Source: Octopus vulgaris (taxonomy: Eukaryota). Taken from it: a stretch of 64,000 nucleotides of DNA. Where the stretch lies: the NCBI GenBank assembly GCA_951406725.2, contig OX597837.1, positions 62,001 through 126,000 of the forward strand, read 5' to 3'. Shown in pieces: positions 39,999-54,237 of the stretch. Both the position numbers and the translations under genes were made by a program. Numbering within the stretch: the stretch's first letter is position 1; each line of letters begins with the position of its first letter. The notes below the pieces were generated by a model. That model was not told where the DNA came from. It saw only the letters and a program-made list of their open reading frames with translations, and made no database searches.

Positions 39999-41081
39999 GG
40001 TGCCCCAGCATGGCCGCAGCATCTCCAGTACCACCAGCACCACCAGCACCAGCACCAGCACCAGCACCAGCACCAGCACCAGCATCAACAGCAGCAGCAG
40101 CAGCACCACCACCACCACCACCACCATTACCACCACCACCACCACCATCATCACCACCACCACCACCACCACCAACACCAACACCAACACCACCACCACC
40201 ACCACCACCACCACCACCACCACCACCACCACCACCACCACCACCACCACCAACACCACCACCACCACTACTACCATTTCCAAAGACGACTTCGTTGGAA
40301 CATCCTCCATCGTATCTTTGCATCACCGAAATATCCCTGAATATCCCCAAATCCTTAAATTCCTCGAATCTTGAAGAATTTCCAAATCTTTCAAATCCTT
40401 CATCACTTCCTTCCGCCCTTCCACCTCCACCTGCACTCCACCGATCTATCTCATGTGTGAAACTCGACAAAACTCGTTCCTCCCATCCCCCCTTTTCCTA
40501 AATCCTCTTTTAATCCGAAACTTATGTTAAGACTCGTCAATTGAAAAATCGATTCCAAGATCAAAACATGTCGGTTTGTCAGTAAATTCTGACATTTTAA
40601 CAACTTAAAATGCTTTCTTGTGGCTTAGATTTCGCTTCGGTTCCGTAGAATTTCTGATATTCTGCTCAAGAGGTGGTGGAGGTGAAGGTGGTGGTGCTGG
40701 TGGTGGCGGTGGGTGCAGTATCTTTTACATCTGTGACATACAGAAAAGACTGATCGATCTTTACCAATAACTCCAATAAAATTACCGTTGCTGTTGCTGT
40801 TGTTGTCATTTGCGTTACTATTATTGGTATTGTTGTTGTTGTGATTGCCATCATCGTCGTTGTTGTTGTTGTTGCTCATGCTGTTGTTACGCTTGCTCAG
40901 GTTATCGACATTGCTCTTGTCGTCATTGATGATGACGATCGTGGTGATGGTAGTGGTGATGATGATGATGATGATGATGAAGACGACGACGATGGTGATA
41001 ATGTATCTTTAACGTTCACTGCCGCCCCAAAAGGCCATCACCACCACCACCACCACACACCACTACCACCATCACCATCAC

Positions 41082-41127
<46 letters not shown>

Positions 41128-41361
41128 ACCACACACACACACACACACACACACACACCACCACCACCACCACCTTAATCTATTTCTGCTGCTCTGTCTA
41201 CAAAAATCCTCTGCGATTTCGTACTCAAATGAAGCGAAAAGTGTTTCTCTCACCTCTTCGAATTCTCCGTTAAACAGGAGCGACAAGACTGGTGGCTGGG
41301 GTGGTGGTGGTGGCTGATTTGCCGTTGTAGTTGTTGGTGGTGGTCATGTTTGTATGATTCC

Positions 41362-41423
<62 letters not shown>

Positions 41424-41549
41424 GCATGTATATATACGTGTATCTATATATGTGTATATACACACACATATATATATACATACATGTATGTATATGCATA
41501 TATATGCACGCACACACACATTTAACTACATCGAACTTTCAAACCCGTT

Positions 41550-41760
41550 AAAGCTGGAGCTAATCCCGATTTCTCTGCTATCTAAGCCAGGGTTAGAACG
41601 ACCCTCACCTCTTCTGAACGGGACATCAGTTGCTGGCAGAGTTAAACTGAGGCTCATTTTCACTTGAGTGGATACAATGTGAAATAAAGTACCTTGCTCA
41701 AGGGATCAACATGCCGCTTGGGTCAAGGAACGAAAGCCATGACTTCCACCACTAGAACAT
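41550..41760 (-). mobile_element. Old CORE/V-like tRNA-derived SINE
   Basis: CAATGTGAAATAAAGTACCTTGCTCAAGGGATCAACATGCCG is the reverse complement of a CCCTTGAGCAAGGTAC core. Confidence 0.5.
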
Positions 41761-41786
41761 AGAGACACGTACACAAACATGTATAT

Positions 41787-41836
<50 letters not shown>

Positions 41837-42421
41837 ATAAATATGTAATAATATACATAAGTATGCATGTGTGTGTGTGTATATATATATATAACTGTAT
41901 GTATGGGTGTGAGATTTTTGTATTTGTATGTGCACTCGAAATGCACAAACTCGCGCTTTGTATACTGAAAGTGAGAGAGAGTGAGAGAGAGAGATAGAGA
42001 GACTTAACATATAAACGCATACGTGTGCGTGTGTGTGTAGGTAGATAGTCGGCTCTTGTTCAAAGCTTGACCAATTCCTGTTAGATATCATTTTTCTGCA
42101 CGTAAGTGGCTCCCCAGTTTCAAGAGCATTTTGCAATTTGCATTACAGCCAATGCAAATATGGCACCGCGTTGTTTGTTTTGTCTCATTAATTGATATTT
42201 AAATAGCTTTTTAGACTAGCGATGGACTTACATGTCTTATTACAAATATGGCGCATGAGCGGTTTTGCTGGAATGAATTCTATGTTGTTTGGGTCAGTTG
42301 TATGAAGATGAGTTCTGAGATGTGAAGTTAAGCCAGCCTTATGTATGAATATATAAACGAAAGCATATATTAGGTATGTGACATCGATAATGCTTATATA
42401 CATGTATATATATGTATATAC

Positions 42422-42463
<42 letters not shown>

Positions 42464-42567
42464 AACTACATCTGATGGACTGGTCGGTCACGTGATCACG
42501 TGATATACATACATATATATACATACATATACATATATATATATATATACATACATATATATATATG

Positions 42568-42597
<30 letters not shown>

Positions 42598-42598
<1 letters not shown>

Positions 42599-42903
42599 CA
42601 CGTGATCACGTGACCGACCAGTCCATCAGATGTAGTTACACATCGCTGGTCACAATGCGTTCGCATTGTTTTAGCCTTCGAATGACGCCATCCCGCTGGC
42701 TAAGCGAGCAGGCCAACAGAGGAAAGAGTGTGAGAAAGAGTGGTGAAAGAGTACAGCAGGGATCACCACCCCCTGCCGGAGCCTCGTGGAGCTTTTAGGT
42801 GTTTTCGCTCAATAAACACTCACAACGCCCGGTCTGGGAATCGAAACCGCGATCCTACGACCGCGAGTCCGTTGCCTTAACCACTGGGCCATTGCGCCTC
42901 CAC

Positions 42904-42905
<2 letters not shown>
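42598..42905 (-). mobile_element. Full-length tRNA-Arg-like SINE (family C; resembles octopus OR-type SINEs)
   Basis: - strand GGAGGCGCAATGGCCCAGTGGTTAAGGCAACGGACTCGCGGTCGTAGGATCGCGGTTTCGATTCCC (A-box, TCG anticodon-like loop, B-box). Tail CACGTGATCACGTGA. Confidence 0.85.
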
Positions 42906-42971
<66 letters not shown>

Positions 42972-43020
42972 GTGTATATATATATGTATATCTATCTGTC
43001 TATCTATATATTTATTGCAT

Positions 43021-43528
43021 AATTGATAGGAAAGACAGAGTATACTGTAAGTTTTATTATCACGACGATCGTTTCGGTTTACATCTGTACTGCTCCCTAG
43101 TAAATGGAAATCGAGTGCACTCCACAGTACAGAAGAATCCTCATCAGAGTACATAATATGTTATCATATGTATAGTTATGTACAGTGTTATCATATGTAC
43201 ATTTCGAACCCGATGAGATTTCTTCTGCACTGTGGAATGCATTCGATTCCATTATATCGTTCCTTACTCACTAGGGAGCAGTACAGATGTGAGCCGAAAC
43301 GATCGTCGTGCTAAATAAAGCTTACAATACACTCTGTCTTCCCTATAAATTATTTAAAATATGCAAAACGTGCACCGAGGAATTCCTTACGTAGATCCTG
43401 CGACTAAAATGCAGTACCGCGGATAACGTCTGGTAACCGTAAGTGGTGAACGTGCTTTTAAGGCACACTACTTGGGACATACTGAAAACAAAGGGTGGAT
43501 ACTACATTTTAGAGTCTCTTTTCTAAAC

Positions 43529-43535
<7 letters not shown>
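43021..43535. mobile_element. Fold-back PLE-terminus insertion with a hammerhead motif in each arm
   Basis: Arms ~43021-43147 and ~43210-43351. - strand CTGATGA-GG..CTGTACTG..CAGTACAG..CC-GAAAC(GATC)GTC; + strand CCGATGAG...CCGAAAC(GATC)GTC. The tail runs to a TA repeat. Confidence 0.75.
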
Positions 43536-43564
<29 letters not shown>

Positions 43565-43929
43565 GTTTATATATATATATATGCATATTGTATTTTATTT
43601 TATATTAATGCTTGTTCATTTAAATTTTGTTTGTATTAAACTTTTTGCTATGTTAATATCGTGATACAAATAAAATAAGTATCCACATACACACACACAT
43701 GAAGGTGCATAAAAAACTTTGTATTTCTATGAAGTTCATTAAATGCCATTGTTTTTCCCTTTTCAGGTAGTACATATCATGGCCTGGAGTGGAGAGTATC
43801 GTTTTTTCTTGTATCTTCATGTGTTTGCTTTTTATTAACCTTTGAAATCAGGGCAACCTTTCTGCCGCACCCTGTATATATGTTATATATACGCTTAATA
43901 GCTGCGGGATTTCGTCTTGGGAAAAGTCC

Positions 43930-44920
43930 CTTTGAAACGTCAAGTATTAAAACACACTGTATACCTCAGTGTTTGTCTGAGTCAGGCCTTCCGGCCATTC
44001 GACATTAGAACGTTTGAAATCTTGAAGAAGTATGTGAAAGGTGTCATTTAGGTTGCTTAATGCTTCTACCATCTTTTTCAGGTTGTCTTCGAACGAGTCC
44101 CCCCCTGATTTGAGGCATCTGGTAGATGATATGCAGTACATATTTGCCTTTTGGATTTGTTTGATGTTTACTATCAATATCTCAAAAACGGTGACAAACA
44201 GTCAGATGTGTTTCTGTTAGTGCTATGCATATTGCTAGATTAAATATAACTAAGTCTTTCAGGTATGGTGTTTTGTGCTGGTGGGATGTTACAAGGCCCC
44301 GGAATTCAGCCAGAACACTGGTTCAACATGTGGAAGCATCAGAAGTGGCTAACCTGGATCTTTTGATGTTTGCTTTGGTCTCTGGTATATGTTTCTTTGA
44401 CCCAATGTCTGATGTAGCCAGGTCAGCTGCCCAACCATCATCTATGCTGTGCAGCCGCTGCTGTCTGCACTCTGCCTACATATTGTTTCCTCTTTGAAGC
44501 AATCCGTGGAACACCCACATTTTCCCGAGGTGGACGCATTGTGTTTTCTGACCTGGTCTTGTGTCTTCCTTGATCCTGATAGAAGTGTTTGCCTCCTCGG
44601 GGCCAGTTCACTCTGGCTTGGCGTGAGCAAAACGGTTACCGTTCACATGGGTCTTGGAATGAGCAAATCTACAGCCCGTTTCAATGTCTCCACGTCAGCA
44701 GGTGTCGCTCGTATAGAACTTAGAGACAACTTGCGTTTCGTTGCTTTTTCAGGACCTTTGTTTTCGTACGTCCTACTTATTCTGTTCTTGCACTCATCTT
44801 CGACCAATGACCATCCTCAGCCTGTTTCAATCCTTGCTTATGTCTTGATCTTCACTGTTGGGTTCTGTTTTTCCTCCTGGGTCTTTGCTTTGTTTCTTGG
44901 GCTCACAGTTGTCCTGAATG
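43930..44920 (-). mobile_element. Degenerate CR1/L2-group LINE 5' region (Cys/His-rich ORF1 and AP endonuclease start)
   Basis: HILLQDFKRSNVEW (GDFN..W-like APE motif). Upstream RGDIETGCRFAH is CCCH-like. Confidence 0.45.
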
Positions 44921-44957
44921 GTGATGCTAGTCTAATATAATATAATATAATATATAT

Positions 44958-45328
<371 letters not shown>

Positions 45329-46353
45329 AATATATATATATATATCTTTAGAGTTAGCTTAGTCATAGCAAAATTAAAAGTAGTACATACATACACATAT
45401 ACATATGCAAACAAACATGCATGCATACATTCACACATACATACATACATGCATACATACAAAACCATACATACACATGACAACTTCCGTATAGTTTCAT
45501 TTTATGAAATTCCGTTAACAAAGTATTTGTGTATATGTGTGTGTGCGCGAGTGAGTGTACGCGTGCGTGCGTGTGTGTGTTTGTGTGTGTGTGGGGTGTG
45601 TGTGAGAGAGAGAGAATTTAACACTAGAACGAGATAGAAGGAGAACTTCTCAAGCCTTATCTGACTGCTACTTCTAGCAAAGTGGAACCAGCACGTAGAA
45701 GGTCCCGCCTCTGGGTTTGGTCGTTGGGCGGTAGGTTTTGCCAGCTGGCTGGTTTGTTGGCTGGTGATGCTCCCATTCAACATGGAATCAGTGAAGCAGA
45801 AACAAGGTGCAACGTTGTTTGAATATATCGAATGGATAATAATGAGTATGGCAGTCAACAAGTACGAAGATGTATGCATAACTATGTCTGTGGTTTGTCC
45901 GTGTATGTAGGTGTATGCATCTCTCTCTCTCTCTTTCTCTCTCTGTATACACACATATCTATAACTATATTTATATATGTATAAATGTATGAACGATGCA
46001 TATGTATCTATATGTATATGTGAATGAATATATATGTATTTGTACGTGTATAATTAGGTAATTGTTTATGTATTTATGCATGCTTATGTATACGTATGTC
46101 TATGTACGTATGTGTGTGTGTGTGTGTGTGTAGCATGATTGTATGCGTGTATGATTATATATGTACGTGTGAATACATGTGTATGTATATGTGTATGTAT
46201 TTAGGCATGCTTATGTGTATGTATGTGCGTATAGATATATGTGTATGCATGTGGTGTAACAAACAAAATAAAAACAATACGCATTTGTGCGTGTATATAT
46301 ATATAATTATGTATATGTAAGTATACATATATATCTATATACATATACATACG

Positions 46354-46408
<55 letters not shown>

Positions 46409-46409
46409 T

Positions 46410-46750
46410 CTACGATTACATAGACCCCAGTACGCAACTGGTACTTAATTTATCGACCCTGAAAGGCTGAGAGGCAAAGTCGACCTAGGCGGAATTGGAA
46501 CTCAGAACGTAGCGGCAGACAAAATACCTATTTCTTTACTACCCACAAGGGGCTAAACACAGAGAGGACAAACAAGGACAGACAAACGGATAAAGTCGAT
46601 TACATCGACCCCAGTGCGCAACTGCTACTTATTTAATCGACCCCGAAAGGCTGAAAGGCAAAGTCGACCTCGGCGGAATTTGAACTCAGAACGTAAAGGC
46701 AGACGAAATACCGCTAAGCATTTCGCCCGACGTGCTAACGTTTCTGATGC
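46410..46750 (-). mobile_element. SINE family A, partial tandem dimer
   Basis: GACCCCAGT.CGCAACTG.TACTT..TCGACCC.GAAAGGCTGA.AGGCAAAGTCGACCT occurs twice. Confidence 0.85.
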
Positions 46751-46755
46751 TCACC

Positions 46756-46794
<39 letters not shown>

Positions 46795-47066
46795 TATTAC
46801 ACACACATTCACATACACACACATAAGTCCCAAATATATCTACACATGTAGCCATATATTGTATCTATACGCATTTTTGTATGTTCTACCTGCATCATTA
46901 TAGACATCGTTACTTATATGCATACATCAGTAAGTGTAAATCTATACATTATCGACTATTCTATATATATGTGTGTGTATATATATATATTAAATATACA
47001 CACAATACACACGCAAATATATATGTATGTAGTATGTAGTATGTACGTAAGTATGTATTGTGTTTA

Positions 47067-47147
<81 letters not shown>

Positions 47148-47393
47148 TTATCTACTACATATACACGCAAACACACACATATATATCTATATATGCGTAT
47201 ATATATATACATACATATATATATATATATATACGCATCAGTACACACACATACATGTAAATGTTAACATATATATGTACATACACATAAAGTTTATGCT
47301 AACTGATGAACATTAGCATGTACATGTGTGTGTGTGTGTGTGTATCTGTGTATGTGTGCGCGTATATATGTGTGTGTGTGTGCCTGTATAAAT

Positions 47394-47426
<33 letters not shown>

Positions 47427-47782
47427 CACACATGCTTATACACGCGTAGATTACAGACAGTTGCGATTACGATTCGCTGAGTGAATCGTAATGGCAGTGT
47501 ATGTATTTGGAAGTATATTTTATGGGCCATTAGCTGTGTTGATGTATATATAAACAGGTTTGCAAGTCTAAATGGAGGTTATTGGAAAGACAAGAGACTC
47601 GCAGAGAAAACATTTCACGGTTTTAACAATTGATAAATAAATCTGGCGTACACATCACCTCCATCCTCTCTCGCGCCCCCTCTTTCTCTCTCTCTCTCTC
47701 TCACACACACATACAATTACTGTCGCAGACAACATAAACATAATATATACATATAACAAGATACACATAGATACTTCAGCAA

Positions 47783-47843
<61 letters not shown>

Positions 47844-48336
47844 TTAATAAAAGAAATAAAACATATGCATATATATAAACATATATGTACGTACCTACCT
47901 CTACATGTACATATACACGCATACACACACACACATATGTATATATCTTTACGCACACACACTGTAAAATATATAGTGTAAGACTTATATGCATAGATAC
48001 GCACTCTATAGCATATAAATAAATTAATAAATATATATATATATATATATATATACGATGCTGGAAAATCATGTATTTGAAAGTCCATAAAGATATGCAT
48101 GAACATATACACCCAGGTTAGATACAGGCACATAGACACATAAATATACGTTTATACATACACATACATCCACACGCACATACTTCCATATACACATGCA
48201 TACCTCCACATGCATTTAAGTATCTCAAAAGTTAACATTATTAATCTCAAAGGACTTATTAAGGGCATGGATACAACCCCTCCTCCACTCCTCATCAGAC
48301 ATGTATACCAATATATAACAATATATGTAACAATAA

Positions 48337-48474
<138 letters not shown>

Positions 48475-48479
48475 TTATA

Positions 48480-48720
48480 TATAGAACTGAGAATGTGTGT
48501 CTGTCTGTGTGAATCGCTAAAACTTGAGAACTACACAACCAATTTCATTCAAGTTTTACACATGCCTTACTTAGGGTCCATGTAGTGGACCCTAAGGCGA
48601 GCCCACACCAATATCATATCTTCACCACTATTTCAGTATTACGTCTTAAAAGTGAAACAAAAACATCTCTCGATTGTAATGTCAGATGCTTTCACTTTAA
48701 TAATGAAGCTATTATATAAG
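48480..48720 (+). mobile_element. Probable non-autonomous Helitron 5' fragment
   Basis: TATATAGAACTGAGAATGTGTGTCTGTCTGTGTG..AACTACACAACCAATTTC has typical Helitron-N 5' architecture. No 3' end seen. Confidence 0.4.
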
Positions 48721-48860
48721 GGAGATGAACTATTAACAGTGGACATCCATTTTGCTAGAAGAAGATCTGCTATGGTCTTACATGCTATACCACTGGTTTT
48801 CAATTCATATTAATCAAATGAATATTCAATTGTTCACCTTTATTATTTTAAATTTAAATT

Positions 48861-48910
<50 letters not shown>

Positions 48911-49224
48911 TGTATACATATACATGTATATATATATATAGATGTATATATATGGATGTATATATATATATATGGATATATATATATGGATGTATATATA
49001 TATATATATGCATGTATATATATAGATGTATATGTATACATGTATTTCTATATATATACATGTATTTCTATAGATATACATGTATATGTATACATGTATG
49101 TGTAGATGTATATATATATAGATGTACATGTAACATGTACACACATATATATATACATATATACATGCATAGATATATACACCCATACACATATACACAC
49201 CCACCTATCCACACACACATGCAT

Positions 49225-49596
49225 AGGTGCAGGTGTGGCTGTGTGATAACAAACTTGGTTCCAAAACACATGGTCCTCAGTTCAGTCCTACTCTGTGGTA
49301 ACTTGGTATGTGTCTTCTGCTATAGCCTCAGACCAACCAAAGCCTTGTCAGTGGATCTTGTAGACAGAAACTGAAAGAAATCAATTGTATATATATTTAT
49401 GTATATATGTAAGTCTATGTGTGTGTCTTTGTGTTTCTCCCTCACAACTGGTGTTCGTTTATTTACATCTCCATAACTTACTGGTTTCACAAGAAGAAAC
49501 TGATGGAATAAGTACCAGGCTTATCAAAATAAAAAAAAGAGCACTCGGCAGTGTCTCATTTTTGTTTGCCCACTCAGTTGTATCTATCAATTTCTC

Positions 49597-49672
<76 letters not shown>

Positions 49673-49975
49673 CGTGTGTGTGTGTGTGCGTGCGTGTGTA
49701 TATGTGTGTATACATATATATATATATATATATGGATTTCGTAGACAGGAACTGAAAGAAATCAATCGTATATATATGTATGTATAGATGTAAGTGTATG
49801 TGTGTGTCTTTGTCTCTGTATTTCGCCCTCTTCACTGCTTCACAAATGCTGTTCATTTATTTACATCGCCGTAACTTACTGGTTTCACAAGAACAAACTA
49901 ATTGAATAAGTACCAGGCTTATCAACATAAAAAAATCACTAGGCTGTGTCTCATATTTTTGTTTGCCCACTCAAT
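49225..49975 (+). mobile_element. SINE family B with local duplication of its 3' half across a CA/TA tract
   Basis: GTAGACAG.AACTGAAAGAAATCAAT..TAACTTACTGGTTTCACAAGAA..TTTGTTTGCCCACTCA at ~49360-49575 and ~49741-49973. Confidence 0.75.
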
Positions 49976-49978
49976 TTA

Positions 49979-51309
49979 TCTTTCTATGTATATATATATA
50001 ACACCCAAATGGGAGTTTTAACTCCCAAATTTTAGTCATTTCTTTTATGATCTAAAATTAGGTCAAAAGTACTGAATGGATCTTTAGGAAATTTGGAAAT
50101 AACATTCTATGCATATGGGCCATAACTTCCATGACAATTCATATATTTTTGCTGTTGATGAAATTTTAACCATAGATATTAGACACAAATGAAGTAATAT
50201 TTATAAAATTTCATCTTCTTACAAGTTAGAAAGACCCCTCCATGGGGATTTAATACCCACAATTTTGTCATTTTATCTAAGCAAAAACGAATACAGTTGT
50301 GCTCTTGGAAGCTGTAGGGTTACCCGAGCATAAAGCACGAGCATTATTTGTAATTCAATGGTACAACAGTGTAACAGTTCGCTTTGACATACACTTACAT
50401 TGTGATTTCTGCAATATGGTGCATAAATTGTCAAGTAAATGAGAGGCATCTTTGCCTCCACTGATTCAGTTGCAAAGTGTTGAGTAACGTTATTTGATTG
50501 CAGACCTCCTTTCAGTCTTTTTATTATCACTCGGACACACATAGTTCCCAGATGGTAACATTGATTTCAAGGCCTTCCCAGATGAGTGACTGGTTATTCA
50601 AAGACATTTATTGATTGTAAATTTATTCTGTCCAGTTACGTATCAGTATAGTGGTCATTTGAAAGCTCCAGAGGTGACACTCTCATTTCTCCTTAGCCCT
50701 CACATCACACAGTTGTTAATATTTATTTCAGTTGGGTCATGCCCTTCCAATTACTATACATTCGTAACGCATCTTACGGCTGTGCCTGTTACCTGGATGG
50801 TGATGAATCCTACATTGGGTGTGGTAACGACTAGGGTAGGGTAGCTAACTGCTTATTGTGATCATTCGTCTTTTGGTTCCCTGTAGCTTTGCTCTCTTTT
50901 ACAAACCCAGTAAACATATATTTCCTATTTCAAAGAAATTCAAACAATAGATATAAGACCCAAGTTAAAAAGATTCTCCATAATTCAACTTCTCTGGTTG
51001 ACACTAAGATGCCCACCCCAACAGGGGCCTTAACTCTCACATTTTAGAGCTCCATAACCTTCATCTTTCAGGAGCAAAATCTTTTTAACAGGTTCAATAA
51101 GACTGGAATTTTGGAATATGTGCAGTAGTATGGGATACATGTGGCACGATTACAATTTTTTTAGGGTGTGTAAAGAAGGAAATAACTCTCATCTGCAATT
51201 TTGATGAAATTTTGAAACATAGATATTCCAGTTCATTTGAGAAAATATAACTGAAAAATCTAATTCTTCAATTGCATGTAACACGGGCAACGCCGGGTAT
51301 CTCTGCTAG
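49979..51309 (+). mobile_element. Non-autonomous Helitron
   Basis: Candidate 5' A|TC at 49979. 3' hairpin CGGGCAACGCCGGG followed by TATCTCTGCTAG|T (CTAG at 51306-51309), the same terminus as 59040. Confidence 0.7.
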
Positions 51310-51530
51310 TATATATATATATATATATAGATATATATGAGCATTAGAGGTAACACTAATGAGTGTTAGAGGTAGCTTGTAATCCGGATTCACTTGTATT
51401 TCTGCTGGAATTGTCGACGACTCAATCGGCTCATCGATGAGGAACATGTTGAGGGAGATTTGCAAGAAACCCCACCCGCGAAACACAACATCTATTAACA
51501 GTCATGATGTTCACAATATATGGTCAAAGA

Positions 51531-51664
51531 TAAATGAGTCTGAGGTCGATTTTGGCTTTCATCCTGTCGGTGTCGATAAATTAAGTACCAGTTGCGTACT
51601 AGGGTCGATCTAATCGACTGGCCCCTCTACCAAAATTTCGGGCTTTGTGCCTAGAATAGAAAAG
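51531..51664 (+). mobile_element. 5'-truncated SINE family A with 16-bp TSD
   Basis: TSD AATATATGGTCAAAGA at 51515-51530 and 51665-51680. Confidence 0.9.
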
Positions 51665-51892
51665 AATATATGGTCAAAGACTTCCTTGCAACAAATCACT
51701 GTCAATTTGTGACTTCGATTGTGGATGGAAGCTTTGATCGAATGTTGTTTACATCTCGGAAATGATGGTCCCTTAAGTGTAGAACATCAACCTATCAGAT
51801 GGAATATTCCAAATTTTAACCCCGCTGATCTCTTGTGGGTTGCCTTGGTTCTCGAAGATTAGGAAATGGAAACTAATATAAATTCTCTGGTT

Positions 51893-52155
51893 CAGTGATT
51901 CTCAACCGGTGCCCACACGACCCCGGGGGGTAGGGGTGGAGTTACATGCATGATTTTGTTGTTAAAATTTGTGCAATCATCTGGTTATACTTCTGTAATG
52001 CACAAAATATTTTTACAATTTTTTTATTCAGTTCCTAATAATATTTAATTATTAAAATATTATTAGATTTTCAAAACCTCGCATAGCTAGGAGGGTCCAT
52101 CCGAGTAAAACAGAAATCAAAGGGGTCGATTTGTAAAGAATGGTTGGGAACCACT
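51893..52155. mobile_element. hAT-like MITE
   Basis: TIRs CAGTGATTCTCAACC / GGTTGGGAACCACTG. Related to 1061-1631. Confidence 0.7.
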
Positions 52156-52439
52156 GTTTTAGTCGATACTCCCAGGCGTGGTTTTACTTTCTCTCTCTCT
52201 CTCTTTCTGAATCATGGTAGTTGCCACCCAGAGAGTGGTCTTTATGCAATACAAGCATCTGTATCTCTAAGAGGTACAGATACTTTGTAATGCAGTATGT
52301 CTCTCATAAGTAGAACTGCCGTTGGAATGCTTTATAAGGAACAGAACAAAACAATCATTTCTATCTATTCTGGTGTCTAAAAGTTCTTCGGTGATGAGTC
52401 AATGGCGGTGTATACAGACTTGATTCGTTGGCAGTATAC

Positions 52440-52775
52440 AAAGTTACAAAGTTTCCATTCTAGATGGCAGGGGATTTCTTTAATCTTGGGAGTCACAGGG
52501 ATTGGGAGGTGTCCCTTGTGACTAAGGAGACTTATTTAAGGAGGCTTCTGCTCATCCAAGAAACAAAAAGGGTGTTCCAAACGTTACTTGCCCCACGACC
52601 AGGTCATTTTACCGCGACTAACAGCTGTTTCTTTCAGCAGGAGTAAAACATGTTAAAGCAGACACGTTTGAAGATCCGTTGCTGGAATGTGAGAACCTTG
52701 TTGGATGATGGAAAATCTAGCAAACACGAAGGCAAACATTGCAGCAGCAGCAGGAGAACGTAGCTGATCCCCAGA
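52440..52775 (+). mobile_element. RTE-clade LINE 5' fragment
   Basis: RLKIRCWNVRTLLDDGK (AP endonuclease motif I, WNVRT) at ~52665-52715. Confidence 0.6.
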
Positions 52776-53699
52776 GGGGGATCAGTCAAGTTCTGAAGGC
52801 GAAAGATTTATTTAAGCTCCGTAAATCAACTTTGTAGAGACAATTGAAGACAATGAAGAATGTTCAGTGGTTGAGCATAACAATAGGCATTGAACTGGTC
52901 TTTGAGAATAAACACTCTAAAACAATGTAAAGCTTGTTATAACAGAAATTTAGTCCTCTCTGTTCCAAAGGTGGATCCTTTTTAAGCTGTGAAAGTGAAG
53001 GTATACTTGAAGAGATGAAAAGTGCTTTGAGTGGAGAAATGAAAGCAACGAAGTAATCTTGTTAAGAGGAAGAGATGATTTGGAAGTCCATTGGGAGGGA
53101 AATAACTGAGAAGCTGAACAAACGAGCTTTCTATAAAGGCAGAATGAGTGCAACAGAATTAATAACAGCAACAGAAGCCACGACGATAAAATCAACTGCA
53201 ACAACAACAGGAAGAACAATGATAGAAAGAAACAAATATAAACAAAATAAAACAAAGTAAACTACAACGGAAGCAAAAGGAACAAGAATAATCAGTTCAA
53301 GAATGGGGCTAATAGTACAATATTTTAATCTTCAACAGTTTTGATGGCAAGTCAAGGAAAACAATTGGATATAAAGAAGGCGAGCGGTGGATAAAACTAA
53401 CAATAACAAACGCAACAACAAACATTGGAAGGAATAAAAAGCAGAAATATAAAGAATTAGACAAATTGATCGATTTGAAAAGGAAAATAATAATTGATGA
53501 AAACGAGAGGTGTTTGATACGAGAAGAAGAACAACTACTACAACAACAACATTAAGAATAACAATAGCGGCGTTGACTTCAGTAACAACAACAGCCGACT
53601 CTTCTGGTTCCTTACTGAAACAATCTCTGCCAACTTCGCACTGTCCTCTTTTCATTTTCTTCTCAACAAATACCTGCCCACCTCCATCGAGAAAGCCTC

Positions 53700-54012
53700 C
53701 GCCTTGACTATCCACTTTGAAATCAACTTCACACAACACACTATTGCTCAATCTCTTTTAAATCTATTTCCTTCCCACACGACGACAAACGTTACCTATC
53801 CAAAGCAGCAATACTTCTGATTACTTCAAACCGACAAACTCACTTGTCCTGACGGTGTCCGTTCAATAATACTCAAACATCGACCCGGCCCAGAATTGCT
53901 CCTATCATCAACAAACTCTTTACACGCCCATTTTCTGCTGGGACATTCCCTTCATATTCGGAAGGATGCCACATTGTGACCTATTTCAGAGAAAGACAAC
54001 CACTCAAACCTC
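53700..54012 (+). mobile_element. CR1/Jockey-group RT N-terminal fragment, degenerate
   Basis: KLTCPDGVRSIILK..PEL.PIINKLFT..FSAGTFPS, matching KAxGPDG...LF...GxFP. Confidence 0.6.
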
Positions 54013-54135
54013 AACCACATGGTTCCGGGTTCAGTCCCACTGCGTGGCACTTTGGAGGAAGTCTTCTGCTATAGCCTCAGGCCGACCAAAACCTTCTGAG
54101 GGGATTATATAGACGGAAACTGAAAGAAGCCCATC

Positions 54136-54205
<70 letters not shown>

Positions 54206-54237
54206 GTTTAAATATATATATATATATATATATATAT

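Noticed and set aside
39956-40501. Proline-rich ORF resembling a formin/WASP-like protein
   Set aside because: It starts in the Naiad fragment and a SINE piece (CCCCAGCATGGCCGCAG), then runs through (CCA)n. There is no recognisable domain.
41245-41350. Possible - strand exon ending at donor GAG|GTGAGA
   Set aside because: No convincing acceptor, the upstream ATG frame stops before the donor, and no homology is recognised.
42835-42905. tRNA-Arg gene
   Set aside because: The acceptor stem does not form and the sequence continues into a SINE body whose tail is shared with 33977-34280.
45640-45800. Protein-like stretch MLNGSITSQQTSQLAKPTAQRPNPEAGPST on the - strand as a host exon
   Set aside because: No AG acceptor follows the pyrimidine tract and the donor is weak (GTGCTG). 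It cannot be supported without RNA-seq.
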